DNA of 27,877 nucleotides from Actinomycetota bacterium (GCA_947476765.1 CANJRK010000001.1:1-27877), one strand, 5' to 3'; shown: positions 9,745 through 18,913, numbered from the stretch's first letter. Made by a program: numbers and translations. Notes: a model not told the origin generated them from the sequence alone.

Positions 9745-9817
9745 TCAAGCCCGTTACGGTGAAGCCACACCCCAGAGAAACCTCTGGTGGTTGAGGCGAC
9801 AACTACATGGAGGATCA

Positions 9818-11263
9818 ATGTCCAACCTGGGACTAAAAACCCCCGAAGATGCACTTAAGTACATCAAGGACAACAATATTCGATTTCTAGATGTCAGGTT
9901 CTGTGACCTACCTGGCGTAATGCAACACTTCAACGTTCCAGTGGAATCAGTTGACGCGGATTTCTTCGCCGGTGGCCAGATGTTTGATGGCTCATCGATT
10001 CGCGGCTTCCAGTCCATTCATGAATCAGACCTAAAATTACTCGCTGATGTCACCACGGCATTCGTTGATCCATTCCGCAAGGAAAAGACTCTGGTCATGA
10101 ACTTCTCAGTTCACGACCCATTCTCGGATGAACCATATGCCCGCGATCCCCGAAATGTCGCAGCTAAGGCTGAGGCTTACTTGGCTTCTACCGGAATCGC
10201 CGATACTGCATTCTTTGCTCCTGAAGCAGAATTCTTTGTCTTCGATTCTGCTCGCTTTAAGACCAGCACTAACGAATCTAGCTACCACGTAGATTCAATT
10301 GAAGGCGCATGGAACTCGGGTAATGAGTACAACGCCGATGGTTCAGATAACCGCGGTTACAAGACTCGCATTAAGGGCGGATACTTCCCGGTTTCCCCAA
10401 CTGATCAAATGGCTGACTTACGCGATCAAATGGTCGTTCGACTTGCCGAAGTTGGTTTGCTTGTCGAGCGTTCCCATCACGAAGTTGGAACTGCCGGACA
10501 AATGGAAATCAATTACCGCTTCAACACATTGTTAAAAGCTGCTGATGAAGTAATGCTTTTCAAGTACGTGATTCGTAATACCGCTTGGGAAGGTGGCAAG
10601 ACTGCAACTTTCATGCCGAAGCCGCTGTACGGCGATAACGGTTCAGGTATGCACGTGCACCAGTCACTTTGGACTAAGGGCTCACCTTTGTTCTACGACG
10701 AGCGCGGTTACGGTGGGTTATCGGATCTTGCACGTTGGTACATCGGTGGCATCTTGAAACATGCGCCGTCGCTATTGGCCTTCACTAACCCAACTGTTAA
10801 CTCCTACCACCGTCTTGTTCCGGGATACGAAGCGCCAGTTAACTTGGTTTACTCACAGCGCAACCGATCTGCTTGCTTGCGCATTCCAGTTACTGGAAGT
10901 AACCCGAAAGCTAAGCGAATTGAGTTCCGCTGCCCAGATCCGTCAAGCAACCCATACTTGGCATTTGCTGCCATGTTGATGGCTGGCCTAGATGGCATAA
11001 AGAACAAGATCGAGCCACATGCTCCAGTGGATAAGGATCTATACGAGTTGCCGCCAGAAGAAGCTGCAGATATTCCACAGGTTCCATCATCTTTGCCAGA
11101 AGTACTTGAAGCTTTGGAAGCTGATCATGAGTACTTACTCGAAGGTGGCGTTTTCACAAAGGACCTAATCGATACCTGGATTGACTACAAGCGAACTGCG
11201 GAAATTGATTATGTCCGCCTTCGTCCACATCCAGCCGAATTCGAGCTGTACTACGACATGTAA
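9818..11263 (+). CDS. glnA: Glutamine synthetase type I (GSI-beta)
   Basis: [40 protein letters not shown], adenylylation loop DKDLYELP. Start moved to ATG 9818 (GGAGGA SD at 9809-9814). Confidence 0.98.
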   Translation: MSNLGLKTPEDALKYIKDNNIRFLDVRFCDLPGVMQHFNVPVESVDADFFAGGQMFDGSSIRGFQSIHESDLKLLADVTTAFVDPFRKEKTLVMNFSVHDPFSDEPYARDPRNVAAKAEAYLASTGIADTAFFAPEAEFFVFDSARFKTSTNESSYHVDSIEGAWNSGNEYNADGSDNRGYKTRIKGGYFPVSPTDQMADLRDQMVVRLAEVGLLVERSHHEVGTAGQMEINYRFNTLLKAADEVMLFKYVIRNTAWEGGKTATFMPKPLYGDNGSGMHVHQSLWTKGSPLFYDERGYGGLSDLARWYIGGILKHAPSLLAFTNPTVNSYHRLVPGYEAPVNLVYSQRNRSACLRIPVTGSNPKAKRIEFRCPDPSSNPYLAFAAMLMAGLDGIKNKIEPHAPVDKDLYELPPEEAADIPQVPSSLPEVLEALEADHEYLLEGGVFTKDLIDTWIDYKRTAEIDYVRLRPHPAEFELYYDM

Positions 11264-11274
11264 AGCAATGTTGT

Positions 11275-11312
11275 AAAAAGCACCCCTGGCCTTATGGCTA
11301 TGGGTGCTTTTT
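11275..11312 (+). terminator. Intrinsic terminator after glnA (symmetrical A/T tails)
   Basis: AAAAAGCACCC...GGGTGCTTTTT with an inner TGGCC-ttat-GGCTA stem. Confidence 0.85.
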
Positions 11313-11359
11313 ACTGCCCGCGTGCAACTTCAAACCCCTAACTTCAATAGAGTCAATTC

Positions 11360-13243
11360 ATGACTTTGGCACAACCTGGCACCTGGCACTCTCCAATTAC
11401 TCCAGAGATGTTGACCGAATCTGGAGTTACCTTCGGATACACCCAAACCTTCGCAGGTGAACTGTATTGGGATGAGTCTCGGCCTTCAGAAAACGGTCGA
11501 AATGTAGTGGTTAGTGGGAGTGGCAAGGATATGTTGCCACCACCGTGGAGTGCTTCAACTCGAGTCCACGAAATGGGTGGCTTGAGTTGGCTAGTTTGCG
11601 CCTGGCAAGAAGTAACTGGTGTTTTATTTGCTGAAAAGACTGATCAACGCATCTACTGGTTGGCACCCGGCGCAGATCCAGTTGCAATTACTGCAGAAAG
11701 CCCCGCGGGCACGCTCGCAAGGTATTGCGACTTTTTGATTCGGGGTTCTGAGATTTGGTGCATCCGAGAGGTCACTAGCGGCCATGAAACCAGCAGAGAT
11801 TTAATAGCCATTAATCCCACTGGCGAAATTAGAATCCTAGATGCCAATTCTCATTTCTACGCTCACTTAGCTTTATCACCAGATCAAAACGCATTAGCTT
11901 GGATCAGCTGGGAACATCCACAAATGCCTTGGGATGGAACCGAGCTTCGCGTCTCTAGAATCTCAAGTCAAGGTGATTTGGAGGCCAGTAATGTTCGAGC
12001 CGGCTCGACATCTGAAGCAGTAAACAGTCCGGTCTGGGCAAACAATGAATCACTGTTCTACATAAGTGACAAATCTGGTTTTTGGAATATTTGGGAAACT
12101 TCAAGCTTGGGGAAGAACCGCCAAGTTGTTGTCGAATCCGCTGAATGGTCAAAACCAATGTGGCAAGTAGGTATGAATCTGCTGCACATACTTCCCAATG
12201 GCCAACTAGTAGGTATCCACGGCTCCCCTGCTTTGGAAAAAGTGGCAGTAGTTGATCCAACTACTGGCGCAATTACCGACTTCGTGTCGGAGCTTTCGAA
12301 CTTCAACCACATTGCCATAGCCGGTAGCCAGATATTTGCCATTGGTGGTGGCGCAAAAGTTCCCGCTGCAATTGTCGAATTTTCCGCAACGTCTCCAGCA
12401 AACTCAGCCACCATCAAAGAAATAGCACTTCCCGTTAATGCTAGTTACTTTCCAGCTGCGCGCGGTGTGTCATTCCCTAGTAAAGATGGCAGAACTGTCC
12501 ACGCCTTTATATCAGAAGGTACAAATCCAGATTTTGAAAGCACGGATAAGCCACCAGTAATAATCACGGCCCACGGTGGTCCTACCGGCAACACCACGGG
12601 AGTTGCTGCAATTAAGCGCGCCTTCTTTACCTCGCGTGGGTTTACTGTCGTCGATGTGGATTACGGTGGCTCCACCGGCTATGGCAGGGCTTATCGCGAA
12701 GTGCTTAAGGGTAAGTGGGGCATCGTTGACACTGAAGACATCTTGGCAGTTGTCGCTGGATTGATAGACGCTGGTATTGCCGATCCGAATCAAATTCTGA
12801 TTCGTGGTGGTAGCGCAGGAGGCTTTGCAGTTCTTAATGGCCTGGTTCATAGCAAAGTTTTTGCTGCTGGCGCTAATTATTACGGTGTTGCTGAACTCAC
12901 GATGTTGGCGCAAGACACTCATGACTTCGAATCAAGGTACTTAGATTCATTAGTAGGGGCTTACCCGCAAGAGCGTGATCTATACATTGAGCGCTCTCCC
13001 CTAACCTTCGCGGATAACTTGACATCGCCCTTAATAATTTTTCAAGGCTCAGATGATCCAATCGTTCCACCATCACAATCGCAAGCGTTTCGAGATGCTT
13101 GCATTAGAAATGGCATTAAACATAAGTACTTTGAATTTCCTGGCGAAAGTCATGGATTTAGGAAGAGTGAAACCATTAAGACTTGTGCCATTGAAGAGCT
13201 TAAGTTCTTTGGTGAAGTTCTAGGTTTTATACCGGAACTTTAA
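11360..13243 (+). CDS. S9-family peptidase (acylaminoacyl / prolyl oligopeptidase-like)
   Basis: N-terminal propeller; AHGGPT, GGSAGG nucleophile, QGSDDPIVP (Asp), ESHGF (His). TAGAGT 6 nt before the ATG. Confidence 0.92.
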   Translation: MTLAQPGTWHSPITPEMLTESGVTFGYTQTFAGELYWDESRPSENGRNVVVSGSGKDMLPPPWSASTRVHEMGGLSWLVCAWQEVTGVLFAEKTDQRIYWLAPGADPVAITAESPAGTLARYCDFLIRGSEIWCIREVTSGHETSRDLIAINPTGEIRILDANSHFYAHLALSPDQNALAWISWEHPQMPWDGTELRVSRISSQGDLEASNVRAGSTSEAVNSPVWANNESLFYISDKSGFWNIWETSSLGKNRQVVVESAEWSKPMWQVGMNLLHILPNGQLVGIHGSPALEKVAVVDPTTGAITDFVSELSNFNHIAIAGSQIFAIGGGAKVPAAIVEFSATSPANSATIKEIALPVNASYFPAARGVSFPSKDGRTVHAFISEGTNPDFESTDKPPVIITAHGGPTGNTTGVAAIKRAFFTSRGFTVVDVDYGGSTGYGRAYREVLKGKWGIVDTEDILAVVAGLIDAGIADPNQILIRGGSAGGFAVLNGLVHSKVFAAGANYYGVAELTMLAQDTHDFESRYLDSLVGAYPQERDLYIERSPLTFADNLTSPLIIFQGSDDPIVPPSQSQAFRDACIRNGIKHKYFEFPGESHGFRKSETIKTCAIEELKFFGEVLGFIPEL

Positions 13244-13298
13244 CTAACTGGCTAAACTCGCGTTACCAGCGTCAACAACTTGCAGAGAAGAGAATGAA

Positions 13299-13679
13299 AT
13301 GATCGTTACTTATAAAGAGGATTTAATTGGCGGCCCCCGTCACCGCGAAGTATCTACTGGGACAAGTCTACGAATGCTGACTCGCGAAGATGGGGTTGGA
13401 TTTTCGTTTCATGACACCGAACTTGAAGGTGGCACAACTACGACCTTGCAATATAAGAACCACATTGAAGCCAATTACATTATTGACGGTACCGGCGAGC
13501 TCGAAAACTTAGAAACGGGCGAGAAATTTGAAGTGCGCCCTGGGATGACCTACACCCTCGATAAGCACGACCGTCATCAAATGCGTGCACATACAAAGTT
13601 GCGGATCATTTGTGTATTTACGCCAGCTCTAGTTGGCACCGAAGTACATGACGAGGATGGCTCTTACCCGCTGCTTTAG
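13299..13679 (+). CDS. ectC: Ectoine synthase-like cupin (solitary EctC-type)
   Basis: MIV start, GVGFSFHDT, YKNHIEA, TYTLDKHDRH, CVF.P.LVG.EVHDEDGSYPLL closely follow EctC; no ectA/ectB nearby. Confidence 0.8.
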   Translation: MIVTYKEDLIGGPRHREVSTGTSLRMLTREDGVGFSFHDTELEGGTTTTLQYKNHIEANYIIDGTGELENLETGEKFEVRPGMTYTLDKHDRHQMRAHTKLRIICVFTPALVGTEVHDEDGSYPLL

Positions 13680-14638
13680 TAGCGAGACCCTGAAGGTTTA
13701 GGTAAGGCTGCAATATCTGCCAAGTCCTGGGTAGTTAACACAATATCCACGGCTGCCGCGTTTTCTTCCAGCCACTTACGACGTTTAGTTCCTGGAATTG
13801 GAACTATGTTTTCACCTTGTGCTAAAACCCAGGCCAACGCAATTTGCGCAGATGATGCCCCATGGCGCGCTGCTACTGTGGCAATGCCATCAATAATTTG
13901 CTGATTCTCTGCAATTGCTTCGGCGGTAAATCTTGGGTTAGCGCTTCGGAAATCGCCATCGGCAATTGAGTCGGCGGTAACAGTTCCAGTTAGGAAGCCA
14001 CGACCTAATGGTGAGAAGGGCAAAAAGCCAATATTGTTTTCGGCGCAATATGCAATTACGCCATTTTTCACGTGTTCATCAGTCCAAATCGAAAACTCGC
14101 TTTGCACACTGGTAACTGGGTGAATCGCATGACACTTTGCTGTTTCTTCGACAGTTGTTTCCGATAGTCCGATGTAACGAACTTTTCCCTGCTCAACCAA
14201 ACCGGCAAGCGCTCCCCAGGTTTCCTCAATTGGAACTTCAGGATCAACGCGATGTAGCTGATACAAATCGATGTAATCTGTGCCTAGCCGACCTAAGGAA
14301 TCCTCGCACGCTTGTCGAACATAATCAGGTTTACCGTTCTTGCCGTATGAAGTCATGTTTATCGGTGTTAGGCCACATTTCGAGGCAATGATGGCTTGGT
14401 CGCGTAACCCATCTTTAACAAGGTATTCGCCTAAAATCTCTTCATTAGTCCAAGGTCCATATACATCTGCAGTATCAAAAAGCGTGATACCCAGCTCTAA
14501 CGTGCGATGAATGGTTGCACGTATCTCTGCTTTATCTGCATCCGCGACGTTATATCCCCACGACATTGGCATGCAGCCAAGTCCGATGGCACTTACTTCA
14601 AGGTCGCGTAGCTTGCGCGTTGGCATGGAATTTGTCAT
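13676..14638 (-). CDS. Aldo/keto reductase
   Basis: GLGCMPMS, FDTADVYG (D,Y), ASKCG (K), LYQLHR (H), IPGT. TAAGAT 6 nt before the ATG. Confidence 0.93.
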   Translation of the reverse strand: MTNSMPTRKLRDLEVSAIGLGCMPMSWGYNVADADKAEIRATIHRTLELGITLFDTADVYGPWTNEEILGEYLVKDGLRDQAIIASKCGLTPINMTSYGKNGKPDYVRQACEDSLGRLGTDYIDLYQLHRVDPEVPIEETWGALAGLVEQGKVRYIGLSETTVEETAKCHAIHPVTSVQSEFSIWTDEHVKNGVIAYCAENNIGFLPFSPLGRGFLTGTVTADSIADGDFRSANPRFTAEAIAENQQIIDGIATVAARHGASSAQIALAWVLAQGENIVPIPGTKRRKWLEENAAAVDIVLTTQDLADIAALPKPSGSRY

Positions 14639-14681
14639 GCCTGAATCTTAGTGCTGGAGCAACCTAAAGCAAGTTACCAGA

Positions 14682-15122
14682 CTAAAAGATTAAGTCATAG
14701 CGACGAAACACTTCGTCCTGCTTCCAGCCACGGCTTTCATACAGTGCTTGAGCTGGAGTGTTGTCATGGGCAGTACGTAAGAATATCCTTGTCGCACCCG
14801 CCTCGCGTGCTGCTGCTTCTGCAGCATTCATTAGCAAGTGAGCAATACCTTGACCTCGACTGGATTCCGCTACATAAAGATCGTTTAGTAGCCAGACTTC
14901 ACTTAGTGAAACCGTCGAAAACGTCGGATAGATCAGGGTGAATCCAACGGGTGTGCCATCGGTGCGAGCGATAAAAACTACGGCTTCATCATTGTTGAGA
15001 CGTTCTGTTAAGAACTTTGCAGTGTTTGAACTTTCTGACTGCTTGTAAAACTCCCGGTATTTCTCAACTAATGGATGAAGGTCAGCTAGATCCGCAATTG
15101 CTGCTCGAGTGATGTCTGTCAT
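14682..15122 (-). CDS. GNAT-family N-acetyltransferase
   Basis: LNDLYV..SRGQGIA acetyl-CoA motif, DNTPAQALYESRG. Start moved to ATG 15122 (TAGAAT 7 nt upstream). Confidence 0.88.
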   Translation of the reverse strand: MTDITRAAIADLADLHPLVEKYREFYKQSESSNTAKFLTERLNNDEAVVFIARTDGTPVGFTLIYPTFSTVSLSEVWLLNDLYVAESSRGQGIAHLLMNAAEAAAREAGATRIFLRTAHDNTPAQALYESRGWKQDEVFRRYDLIF

Positions 15123-15147
15123 GACCTTGATTCTAGTGACGTGAGTT

Positions 15148-16638
15148 TTACCCCACGTGCACCACAGCATCGTTGGCACCCAAAGTGTCTTTGTCGGCAT
15201 TAATCATGAATACCCAAATCACAGCACCCAAAATCATAAATCCAGCGCTCCAGGTGAATGCAGTGGTGAAGCCTTCAGTGAGGCCAAAGGCAGCCGCACC
15301 AGCATTTGCCGGATTTGTTGGATCGATCATGTTGTCTACAAAGTAATTTGTAGTCGCACTAACTGCAATTGTGTTCAAAAACGCAGTTCCTAGCGCGCCG
15401 CCAATTTGCTGCGCCGTATTTAACACCGCAGATGCCACACCAGCATCATGGTTATCTACTCCAAACAATGCCGTTGCCGAGATTGGCACGAAAACCAGTC
15501 CCATACCAAGGCTTAGCACCATAAGTGCTGGCAAGATATGGCTCACATAGGTACTAGATGGTTCGAGGCGAGTCAATAACAACATGCCAGCAGTTGCCAT
15601 AACTAAACCAGTGAACGAAACGTACCTAGGTCCAAATCTGGGAAGCGCTTGAGAGGCGATGCCGGCACTGATTCCCACACCGACTGAGAACGGCAAGAAC
15701 AGTAGTCCGGCCTTTACTGGTGAATACTGCAAAATACCTTGGAAAAAGTAAGCCAAGAATAAAAACATTCCAAACAGACCCGCTCCGACGATAAAAGAAG
15801 TTAAATAGCTTGCACCACGGTTGCGGTTGAGCAAAATCTTCATGGGTAGCAGTGGATGGCTAGTTCGGCTTTCGATTACAAAGAAAGTGATCAGCAGCAA
15901 AATTGAACCAGCAAACCATTTCAGTGTGGTCGGGTCACTCCAGCCAAGTTCACCAACTTGCGTTATGCCATAAACCAAAGAAACTAACCCAAGGCTTGAG
16001 GTAATCGCACCTGGAAAATCGTACCTGGTGTCGCCAGTTGCTTTACTTTCGTGAACGTTTGGAATTGCAAGCAAGAAAGCAGCAATTGCAATTGGCACAT
16101 TGACTAACAAGCACCAGCGCCAAGATGCGTACTCAGTTAATACGCCACCGAGTATCAAACCAATCGCAGCGCCACCTGCAGATAGACCACCGTAAACTCC
16201 AAACGCTTTTGCGCGCTCTTTTGAGTCAGAAAAAGTTGTTGTGATCAAAGATAAGGCTGCGGGAGCAAGCAATGCAGCAAAGGCGCCTTGCAGTGCGCGG
16301 GAAGCAAACAGCATTTCTTGATTTTGGGCAATACCTCCTATTGCGGAAGCACCTGCAAAACCAAGTAGACCCGTCATAAATGCCCGTTTACGACCCCAGA
16401 AATCTGCGATTCTTCCACCGAGAAGCAACAACCCGCCAAATGCCAAGGTGTAACCAGTAACTACCCATTGGCGGTTAGCATCTGTAATTGCCAAGTCTGC
16501 CTGCAGGGATGGCAGAGCAATGTTCACGATTGAAGCGTCTAGCACCACCATGAGCTGAGCAATGGCAATAACCATTAATGCTCGCCAACGATTTGGATCC
16601 AGTTGATTTGAAATTTGGGCAGGGCTTACGTTGGACAT
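15148..16638 (-). CDS. MFS efflux transporter, DHA2 (EmrB/QacA-like, about 14 TM)
   Basis: LDASIVNIALPS, GGRIADFWGRKR, RALQGAFAA, WRWCLLVNVP. Start moved to ATG 16638 (AGGAGA SD). Confidence 0.92.
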   Translation of the reverse strand: MSNVSPAQISNQLDPNRWRALMVIAIAQLMVVLDASIVNIALPSLQADLAITDANRQWVVTGYTLAFGGLLLLGGRIADFWGRKRAFMTGLLGFAGASAIGGIAQNQEMLFASRALQGAFAALLAPAALSLITTTFSDSKERAKAFGVYGGLSAGGAAIGLILGGVLTEYASWRWCLLVNVPIAIAAFLLAIPNVHESKATGDTRYDFPGAITSSLGLVSLVYGITQVGELGWSDPTTLKWFAGSILLLITFFVIESRTSHPLLPMKILLNRNRGASYLTSFIVGAGLFGMFLFLAYFFQGILQYSPVKAGLLFLPFSVGVGISAGIASQALPRFGPRYVSFTGLVMATAGMLLLTRLEPSSTYVSHILPALMVLSLGMGLVFVPISATALFGVDNHDAGVASAVLNTAQQIGGALGTAFLNTIAVSATTNYFVDNMIDPTNPANAGAAAFGLTEGFTTAFTWSAGFMILGAVIWVFMINADKDTLGANDAVVHVG

Positions 16639-16775
16639 TGATCTCCTATTGGATTCTTGCAAAACTTTCTCAACGCCTTACTCTGTCACAATTAGTCAAT
16701 AACTTGCTTCAATTACGCGCCAGGCGTAGGGACATGCATAAATTGCCATGCATCCGCGGGCGGTAGTCTGGGCTT

Positions 16776-18005
16776 ATGCGCACCTACCTGGACTTCCTAA
16801 AAATTCCAGGAGTAAAGCGACTGGTCGTAAGTGCGCTGCCTGGCCGACTTTCCTACGCCATGATCGCGCTGTCTACTTTTTTCTTTGTTCAAGATGTAAC
16901 TGGATCCATTACTCTCGCTGGCATTGCAACTGGTGTAGAAACAATTGCCTCGTCATTGACGGCTGGATTTCGTGGAAACCTAATCGACAAGCTAGGTCAA
17001 ACCAAGCCGTTGAGTTTCTTTGTGCCAACTTGGGTTGCACTTGTGATTTTCCTAAGTACCGTTTCAACGCCAGCTGCCATTGTGGCGATATCTGGACTAA
17101 TTGGCTTGGCATCACCGCCAGTTAATTTGTCGACCCGACCGCTCTGGCGAGTATTGGTTGGCGCCGAGAATTTGCGAACTGCATACGCACTTGATACGAC
17201 CGTTTCTAGTTCCACTGTCGTGGCTGGTCCGGTGATAGCAACTGCAGTAGCAATTCCATTTGGTGGCAACGTTGCACTACTTGTTACGGCAGCGCTAATG
17301 GCAATCGGAGGAATTGCAGTCATTCAAATGCCCGCCTCTCGAAATTGGAAACCTGAGCCGCAGCAAGGTAATTCGATGCTTCTGCTACGAAATCGCAAAT
17401 TTCAAATTCTTGCAGTTGAAGGAATGGTATTTGGACTTGCGTGGGGAATTCTAGAAATTTCGATTCCGGCTTTTTCTACGCTGCAAGGAACTCCAGGTTT
17501 ATCGGCGCCACTTCTTGCCACTTTGGCTGGTGCCAGCATTGTTGGTGGATTATTAATTGGAAGTAGAAAATCACTTACCACTCCGTTACAAGGTTTCAAG
17601 TGGGCAAGTCTTGGTGCAACGATTGCTGCCTTACCGCTGGCATTAACTGAACCAGGCTGGTCGATGGCAATTGTGCTGGGCCTGCTCGGCCTTGGGATGG
17701 GCTTTGCCCAGGTTTATCACTGGGAAGTATTGGAAGCCGTACGCCCGCAAGGCACCGCTACTTCGGCGCAAGCTTGGCTGTGGGCAGTTGAAGGATCCAT
17801 GCTCGCAGTTGGTACTGCTTTAGGCGGGTATCTAGTTGAGTATGTAAGTCCACAAATTGCCCTGGTTGGTGTCTCACTTGGGCTAGCTATTTCCAGTGTT
17901 TACGTTTGGCAATACGCCGCCGCCCGATTGCCCGAAGCAGATAAACCGTTGTCGGATTCCCAAATGGCGGAAGTCTTGGCTGACTTGGAATCACCTGCTG
18001 AGTAG
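16776..18005 (+). CDS. MFS transporter (about 12 TM), substrate unknown
   Basis: GNLIDKLG motif A variant and hydrophobic helix pattern; TAGTCT 6 nt before the ATG. Confidence 0.85.
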   Translation: MRTYLDFLKIPGVKRLVVSALPGRLSYAMIALSTFFFVQDVTGSITLAGIATGVETIASSLTAGFRGNLIDKLGQTKPLSFFVPTWVALVIFLSTVSTPAAIVAISGLIGLASPPVNLSTRPLWRVLVGAENLRTAYALDTTVSSSTVVAGPVIATAVAIPFGGNVALLVTAALMAIGGIAVIQMPASRNWKPEPQQGNSMLLLRNRKFQILAVEGMVFGLAWGILEISIPAFSTLQGTPGLSAPLLATLAGASIVGGLLIGSRKSLTTPLQGFKWASLGATIAALPLALTEPGWSMAIVLGLLGLGMGFAQVYHWEVLEAVRPQGTATSAQAWLWAVEGSMLAVGTALGGYLVEYVSPQIALVGVSLGLAISSVYVWQYAAARLPEADKPLSDSQMAEVLADLESPAE

Positions 18006-18193
18006 CAAGTCATTGGAATTGTCCAAATTCTTAGGTTACTGATCAGTAGGTAAATTATCTGCCAAGAGATTTACAAAATCCTGCAAAGTTGTGCCTACAG
18101 AATAACTAAGTAGCGCCATCGCGCGAGTAGTATCTGTTTTAGTAATACTTAAGGAGAGTTTAAATTTCCTATTTAGAGAAGAGTAAAAAGTCA

Positions 18194-18454
18194 ATGGCGA
18201 AGGCAGCCCAAAGCACTATGGCAAACAAGACCGGTCTTGAATGGTTGCGCGCTCGTATGGAAAAACTTGGTTACAGCTCATTAGAAGATGTTGCTCAAGA
18301 ACTCCAAATTAACCGAGGCAACTTATATCGTTATTTTTCGCTTGAGACTCGTCCAAGTGTTGCATTGTTACCAGATTTGTGTCGCGTGCTTAAAGCATCG
18401 CCATCTGACGTATTGAAAGCTTTGGAAATTTTAGGGCCTGACGATCGCCTTTGA
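18194..18454 (+). CDS. Small XRE/Cro-like helix-turn-helix protein
   Basis: SLEDVAQELQINRGNLYRYFSLETRPS..LLPDLCRVL fits an HTH_3-type fold; alternative start ATG 18218. Confidence 0.8.
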   Translation: MAKAAQSTMANKTGLEWLRARMEKLGYSSLEDVAQELQINRGNLYRYFSLETRPSVALLPDLCRVLKASPSDVLKALEILGPDDRL

Positions 18455-18712
18455 TCCGTAGGTAATTGTCGGGTCAACAGTTGAAATAACTTCACTGGTG
18501 TCATCGGCTCGAATAAAGATTCGAGCCGGCGCAACATCGTTTTCGTGCAAATGTTGTAATGCTAACTCCACAGCCTGGATCAAATCAGATCGACAAAACT
18601 CTAAGCCATGTGCGATGTTTTCACTGGCACTAATAGTTAGGCGAACGCGCGGACCGTCGAGGAGCTCCACCCGAGGTGTCACAACTTCATCAGATAGAGC
18701 TAACTCAAGCAT
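18431..18712 (-). CDS. Hypothetical protein (93 aa)
   Basis: ATG-started ORF with globular-looking composition; the best candidate to fill this space. No family recognised. Confidence 0.55.
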   Translation of the reverse strand: MLELALSDEVVTPRVELLDGPRVRLTISASENIAHGLEFCRSDLIQAVELALQHLHENDVAPARIFIRADDTSEVISTVDPTITYGSKAIVRP

Positions 18713-18801
18713 ATAAACCTAGTCATCTTGTTCGTGGATTACATAAAACCGGCAACGCACACATGTTGCCATGTATTTGTTGCCATTACGCACCATAGCA
18801 C

Positions 18802-18834
18802 CTAGCAGTCAGGATTTCTGGCGCTAGCTTTTTT
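18802..18834 (+). terminator. Putative intrinsic terminator with no immediately upstream + strand gene
   Basis: CTAGC-a-GTCAG-gattt-CTGGC-GCTAG stem followed by C and six T. Confidence 0.5.
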
Positions 18835-18913
18835 GCATGATTGAAATTCGTTGTGAAATTCAAACGTGCATGCCCAACCTAAAGCACAACTCTGACAAAT
18901 TCTCTTGGAAATA

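Noticed and set aside
9620-9817. N-terminal extension of GlnA in the ORF track
   Set aside because: It overlaps the RDD start and the GlnR box; the SD and homology point to ATG 9818.
14682-15122. GNAT as the missing EctA partner of the orphan ectC
   Set aside because: Its motifs (YPTFSTV, LNDLYV) match a widespread generic GNAT family rather than EctA. It is on the opposite strand, separated by AKR, and no EctB aminotransferase is present.
18736-18765. TTATGT on the - strand as a dif/XerD arm
   Set aside because: No matching XerC arm at the required spacing.
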